NCBI GenBank assembly: GCA_963699545.1
Contig: CAVOUE010000004.1
Location: 32,001 to 96,000, forward strand
DNA length: 64,000 nucleotides
Direction of reading: 5' to 3'
From: Nitrospirota bacterium
GTDB lineage: Bacteria; Nitrospirota; Thermodesulfovibrionia; Thermodesulfovibrionales; UBA9159
Part shown: positions 59,192 to 64,000 of the stretch, piece by piece
Layout of the letters: the number at the start of each line of letters is the position of its first letter
Numbering within the stretch: the first letter of the stretch is position 1
The notes under the pieces: model-generated
Database searches by the model: none
Told to the model about the DNA's origin: nothing
What the model saw: only the letters and a program-made list of their open reading frames with translations
Made by a program: the position numbers and the translations under genes

Positions 59192-59430
59192 CTCGACACC
59201 ACAGACAATCTCGCCAAGAGTGTTGAGTTCCAAAAAAAACTGTTACATTCAAGGTCCTCTATTCCCCCCACGCTAAGATTAAAGACCTGACCCTCTCTCC
59301 TCTCTCTCAATAGACGGGCGTCCTACCTGTCGGTAGAGTAGAGAAGTGGAAATGTTGACAGAATGAGGGCCGTTGCCGTTCCCTTTCCGAACAACACTTG
59401 GCTTGTCATTGCAGAAATTAAAGGACTCTT

Positions 59431-60342
59431 TCAGGGGTTGACCTCCAGCAATAGTTTCAGTTGCTCAAGTATTCCCGCTGCGATAAGACTGCCTGCGGTA
59501 CCCTCTAGAATGCTCCTGATGGTATGTAGGCTCTCCATGATAATCTTCGTCTTAGGTTTCGGAGAGTTCGCCTGCGTTTCAGCCGTGGCAATCTCAGCAG
59601 AGAGTTCGTTTCTTATCTCAGGGGCCAGGTTCAGGCCGGCGACCGTCCTTTTTATCTCCTTCAAAACCGACAAGACCTTCGCCACGTCGAGCTCGTTGAC
59701 GGTCATCGTCTGCGAGGAATTCCGAGTGCCTTGCTGAAGCTGAGAATGCATCATGCTCCCTATGTAGGTCTGTATATGGTAAACATTTGACGCCGCAACA
59801 CGTTGTTCTTCCTTCGTGAAGGTCAAGTCTTCTCCAAGGATGCCATCTTGTTCCAACTTCAATGCCCATTTCAGAACCGCATTTCGTACGGCATCAATTA
59901 TCTTGGCAAGATCTGTAACGCTGATTTGAAGCACTGGCTGTACAGAAGCCCCACCCATTGCAGACCTCAGCGACTCCTCCATCTTCTTCTCAAATTCAGT
60001 CCAGATGACGGTCTCTGCATTTGCTTCTTTTTGTAGGCTGGCTATCTCCGAGATCGGCTGGTTAAAATTCATCGTGGATATTTTCTCAGCTTTTCCCGGG
60101 TCAGGAATCCTCACGGGTACGAGACCCTGAACTCGGTCCAGACACTTCAGAGAGCCTATGACCTTGCGATAGTGAGGTATTTTGTTGTCTTTTTTGTATC
60201 CGTTCAACTCAAGTTCGATCCATTCTTGAAACTCCTGTACCCCGATCTTCGTCGCAACGGCGAGCGCCTTTCGGAGAAGATCTGTAACCGGCACCGTCGA
60301 ATCTATCGCTTCTTTCTGTAGCTCCAGAACCAATGAAGACAT
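59431..60342 (-). CDS. AbiTii-domain protein, copy 1
   Basis: SLVLELQ..A.D....TDLLRKAL.VA.K, W...ELNGY, IP.YR, W.LKLE.DGI.GE. Confidence 0.8.
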   Translation of the reverse strand: MSSLVLELQKEAIDSTVPVTDLLRKALAVATKIGVQEFQEWIELELNGYKKDNKIPHYRKVIGSLKCLDRVQGLVPVRIPDPGKAEKISTMNFNQPISEIASLQKEANAETVIWTEFEKKMEESLRSAMGGASVQPVLQISVTDLAKIIDAVRNAVLKWALKLEQDGILGEDLTFTKEEQRVAASNVYHIQTYIGSMMHSQLQQGTRNSSQTMTVNELDVAKVLSVLKEIKRTVAGLNLAPEIRNELSAEIATAETQANSPKPKTKIIMESLHTIRSILEGTAGSLIAAGILEQLKLLLEVNP

Positions 60343-60838
60343 TCCTATGCCTGCCCCTTCATTTTCTCGATGATCTTCATGGTCTCCACTCTGACGGTGC
60401 AGACCCGTCGGGGGTGACGGATTTTCCGTTTGTCCCAAGCAGGGAGATTTCGGTCACGAGTTCGAGTCTTTCTTATGGGCGTATTTGTTCAAGAGATTGT
60501 AGGATGCATTTCTGACCGTGGTCTCGTTCCTTGATCCTCCGAATTGGTGGATTCGGTCGAGCTTGGCATAATACTGATTGATGAGCTGAATAGACAACGA
60601 CTATCTTTTCTCCCTTTTCATATGCAACAACGTAGTCACTCAAAATTGTACTACAAAGGGAATAGGACATTCCATATTTTTCAGGACATTCAAGCATGGG
60701 GACCTTGGGTGTGGTTCTCGATATTAAAGGTGAGCTTTTTAGGGCTGATTAAGTTCTTCTTGAGTGAAGTCTGAAGACCTGACCATCAGGCGTCTCCTTA
60801 AGGGGATCGGCGGAAGACGACGGCTGCCCGTTCTATCG

Positions 60839-61732
60839 TCACAAGAGACAGTTCAATTTCGCCAGCAGCCCTGAGGCTATCAGACTGCCCGCGGTGCCTT
60901 CCAGAATGTTCCTGACTGTGTGGAGGCTTTCCCTGATGATCCTATACTTGGGCTTCGGGGACTTCGCCTGCGTTTCCGCCGTGGCGATCTCGGCGTCAAG
61001 CTCGTCCTTCGTCTCGCGGGGCAGGTTAATATCCGCCACGGCTTTCTTGATCTCGTCCAGGACCGACAGGACTTTCGAAACGTCCAGTTCATTGACGGTC
61101 ATCGACTGGCTGCTGTCGCGGGTGTCCTGCTGGAGCTGAGACTGCGTCATGCTGCCGATATAGGTTCCGATGTGATAGGTTCCGGATGATGCTGCGTGCT
61201 TCTCTTTCAGCGTAAAGGTCATGTTCTCCCCGGTGATGCCATCCTCTTCGAGCTTTAGCGTCCAGTTGAGGATGACGTTTCTGACTGAGTCAATTATTCC
61301 TCGCAAAACCGAAGGATCGATAATGAGGGCGGGCTTGAGGGCGGCAGCACCCTGGAGTTCGATCAGCATTTGCTCCTGGTCAGGCGGATAACTCATGACA
61401 ATGATGCTCGACTTGTCGTTTGTCAGAAGCGATTCCAGTTCTCCCACTGCTTGGCCCTGAGGATAGCATGAGACCACTTCGGCAAGCTTTGCTGGGAGAC
61501 GAAATTCAATCCAGCCGTTAAAAGGGTTCCAGCACCTTACCTGTCCCCTGACATTTCGATACTCGGGGATGGCAAGTCCCTTGCTGTATCCGCCAAGTTC
61601 CGACTCCGCCCAGAGCTGAAACTCCTTTATCCCCAACTTTCTGGCAACGACGAGCGCCTTGCGGAGAAGATCGGTGATCTGCACTTTCGAGTCGAGCGAT
61701 TCTCTTTGAAGTTCCAGTACCAGTGATCCCAT
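60839..61732 (-). CDS. AbiTii-domain protein, copy 2
   Basis: Same motifs; WNPFNGW; paralogue of 59431..60342. Confidence 0.8.
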   Translation of the reverse strand: MGSLVLELQRESLDSKVQITDLLRKALVVARKLGIKEFQLWAESELGGYSKGLAIPEYRNVRGQVRCWNPFNGWIEFRLPAKLAEVVSCYPQGQAVGELESLLTNDKSSIIVMSYPPDQEQMLIELQGAAALKPALIIDPSVLRGIIDSVRNVILNWTLKLEEDGITGENMTFTLKEKHAASSGTYHIGTYIGSMTQSQLQQDTRDSSQSMTVNELDVSKVLSVLDEIKKAVADINLPRETKDELDAEIATAETQAKSPKPKYRIIRESLHTVRNILEGTAGSLIASGLLAKLNCLL

Positions 61733-62230
61733 GTTCAATCTTACTACAAACGGGTCTTTTTCCTCTATCTCCCATTGAGTGCGCTGCAATCTTTCCGGTA
61801 TAGATGTCACCTGAAAGTCCTCACCTTAGACCAATCGCCAAGGACGTTGATTACCAGAAATAATTGTCACACTGGAGGATCCATTATGCAGCTTCTTAAT
61901 GCCTTCATAGAATCCTACTGGAATCACTCTGGAATCCCCATTGACCTTATTGTCAAGAAGGTGTAGATTTGAAATAACCATCACATCATAGGGTCATCCC
62001 ACTTATCTAAATTCTTGGAAGAACACTTTTGCTGTGCGCTGGAAGACAGATGGATTGACCAAGGAACGGAAGCGGTAGTAGAATTTGATAGATCAAAGGG
62101 GCTCTCTCACGCTCTGATCAGCATTGATGTGTAAACTTAGGGATCTGGAATAGTGTCATGAATGGGTCTTAAGGTACACGGAATCGTGGGAAGTACTAGC
62201 GACTTGATACCCTCATGGTAGGAGGACTAT

Positions 62231-64000
62231 TTGGCTGTTGACCCAATTTCTTGGGCAGTTAATTTTGGTCTAACGACACTAGCAAGAGGCACCTTTGAGG
62301 TGGCCTTTAAGAGCCTCTCTGCTAAACTTGAGGGTGCCGTAAGAGACTGGAGCAACGAACTACCTGCCGATGTCCAGTTTAATACCGAAGCGTTATTCGA
62401 TGGTCTAAGACGGGACTACGAGAAGTCAGACTTCCCTGCGCGTACAGCCCCCGGTAAGGAATTTGAAGCGTCTCGCATTCCGACGATGGACATGTGGCTT
62501 CAGGCGCTTCTTGAAAGATGGCAATTTGTGCGCAGAGGTAACAACGTACAAGAGTTCTTCAAGCAGCCAATAGATGTGGCCGAAGCTCAGCTGCGGACTC
62601 TATCTAAACGTCTTGAAACAGTTTGCGCACAGAACGAAGAGCTATTTCGGGTTACCACTTACGAACTGATATCAGCTTTGGCTGCTAAATTTGTTCAGCC
62701 AGAGCATCCGCATTTCCCAACGGCCCTTGTCGATCAGAAAATTGAGGATGAGATCAATGTATGCCGGAAGTGTCGCTTCTTCGAAGAGTTTGACACGGCT
62801 GGGTCTTCTCTGAGACTCGCAAGAAGTCTTCTGGACGGAGAACTGTCCGGCGGTACAAATGCGGCAAGGAGCCGAGCACTATCTTGGTGCGTTCGATTTT
62901 TGGCACGAATCGAAGACGTAGAAGAAGCAGAAGAGTATCTCAGAGTTGCGAAAGCATTAGGACTTTGCCCTGAAATCGAAATCGCCAATGCCTTCATCCT
63001 TTCGCAGAAGGGTAATAAGCACTCTGCTCTAAGTGCCCTGGCTGAGATCGATTTGCCAATATCTCGATCCGCGGCTTTGATGATTGTTGCGCATCACGAT
63101 GGCCCAAAGGCGGCAATTGACTGGCTTAATGCCGCAGGGATCGAAGCTGCGGACCTTGATCCTGACGGTAAATTTTTTCTCTTAGTGCGTTATCTTCAGC
63201 TTTCTCGTTGGGAGGCAGCTCTGAAATGCCTGGAGATAGTGACAGAAGATGATTTGATAGAGACACCGGTCCTCCATCGCATGATGGCAATCACACGCCT
63301 ACTACCTGCGGTCCCCGCCGAGTTTCGCGCTGTTGTGCTTAATCAGCTTCCGTTTGAAGCGGCAGACTTCCCACTTGCCTCAGACTCGGCTGCTATTGCA
63401 ACTCGCAAAGTAGCGCAACAGCACTTTGTGAATGCTGCGGAGTCAGCACGCCAGTTAAACTGTCCTGTTGCGGCAAGAATAGATGAGGAGTACGGACTTT
63501 GGCTTCAACTAAGAGATCCCGAAGAATTTGGAGAGGGAAAGAAGCATCTCGAGGCTAAGCTTCGTGATCCCGAGTCAGCTCTTCGCCTCGTTCATCTTGG
63601 CCTCCAATTTGGGATCAAGCTGGACTTGGAAGCAGTTGAAAGGGAGATTGAGCGGCAAGTTGCTCTCAATGGAGGAATGACTCGTGACGCGGCAATTGCC
63701 CGCTTTGCTTTGGCTTTTACCCAAAAGACTCCAGAGGACATTGCGAGCTATATCGCCCGGCATCGTGACGAGCTTGCCGACTACTTTGATAAGAAATCTA
63801 TGCAATTTCTTCAGATCGAGATGCTTGCTCGCGCTGAGCTGCCAGAGAGAGCGACTCAGTGTCTGGAGAGTCTTTTGCGAGATGGGCTTTCCGAAGAGGA
63901 GGAAAGTCGTCTTCGGCGAATAATTGCTGAAGCAGAAGGGACTGATCCGGTTGAGGCACGAAAAGAACAGTTTATTAATACAGACTCCTTGGGTGATCTG
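62231..64000 (+). CDS. Large helical-repeat protein, partial (at least 590 aa), not in the ORF track
   Basis: GGAGG RBS plus TTG at 62231; frame stays open to the window end (MAVDPISWAVNF...TDSLGDL). Confidence 0.8.
   Translation, partial: MAVDPISWAVNFGLTTLARGTFEVAFKSLSAKLEGAVRDWSNELPADVQFNTEALFDGLRRDYEKSDFPARTAPGKEFEASRIPTMDMWLQALLERWQFVRRGNNVQEFFKQPIDVAEAQLRTLSKRLETVCAQNEELFRVTTYELISALAAKFVQPEHPHFPTALVDQKIEDEINVCRKCRFFEEFDTAGSSLRLARSLLDGELSGGTNAARSRALSWCVRFLARIEDVEEAEEYLRVAKALGLCPEIEIANAFILSQKGNKHSALSALAEIDLPISRSAALMIVAHHDGPKAAIDWLNAAGIEAADLDPDGKFFLLVRYLQLSRWEAALKCLEIVTEDDLIETPVLHRMMAITRLLPAVPAEFRAVVLNQLPFEAADFPLASDSAAIATRKVAQQHFVNAAESARQLNCPVAARIDEEYGLWLQLRDPEEFGEGKKHLEAKLRDPESALRLVHLGLQFGIKLDLEAVEREIERQVALNGGMTRDAAIARFALAFTQKTPEDIASYIARHRDELADYFDKKSMQFLQIEMLARAELPERATQCLESLLRDGLSEEEESRLRRIIAEAEGTDPVEARKEQFINTDSLGDL

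Noticed and set aside
60473-60774. Short ORFs between the AbiTii genes
   Set aside because: No recognisable motifs; probably gene remnants.

Overview
Chromosomal window from an anaerobic Gram-negative bacterium; the gene repertoire suggests Nitrospirota/Thermodesulfovibrionia or Desulfobacterota (inference only). Many otherwise intact genes (argH, uppP, phoH, HD hydrolase, tupA, modE, M56 peptidase) are split by small indels, which looks like assembly error. Layout: (1) 1-5 kb: membrane proteins and a complete IS3 with a 3-bp target duplication. (2) 5-14.4 kb: a redox/sulfur island with a strongly divergent DsrAB-like pair (DsrB has Glu where the siroheme-bridging Cys normally sits), a one-Cys DsrC/TusE-like protein, an MtaA-type methyltransferase, a cytochrome c'-beta, a redoxin and a Crp/Fnr regulator, several of them preceded by a shared T(A/G)TGA-N6-TCA(T/C)A box. 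(3) 14.4-54.5 kb: housekeeping genes (argH, gmhA, ruvCAB, uppP, nadE, rsmI, argJ, ybeY, phoH, queA, queH, zapA, fdhD), a merged Mo/W uptake locus with three TupA paralogues, and an IPTL-CTERM/exosortase H module behind a c-di-GMP-I riboswitch. (4) 54.4-64 kb: a toxin-antitoxin/defence array in which successive cassettes are each preceded by a 5'-truncated copy of the fdhD 3' end and mostly closed by short REP-like motifs, followed by two AbiTii paralogues and a large helical-repeat protein running off the window. The best candidates for an undescribed system are the fdhD-anchored cassette array and the variant Dsr regulon.
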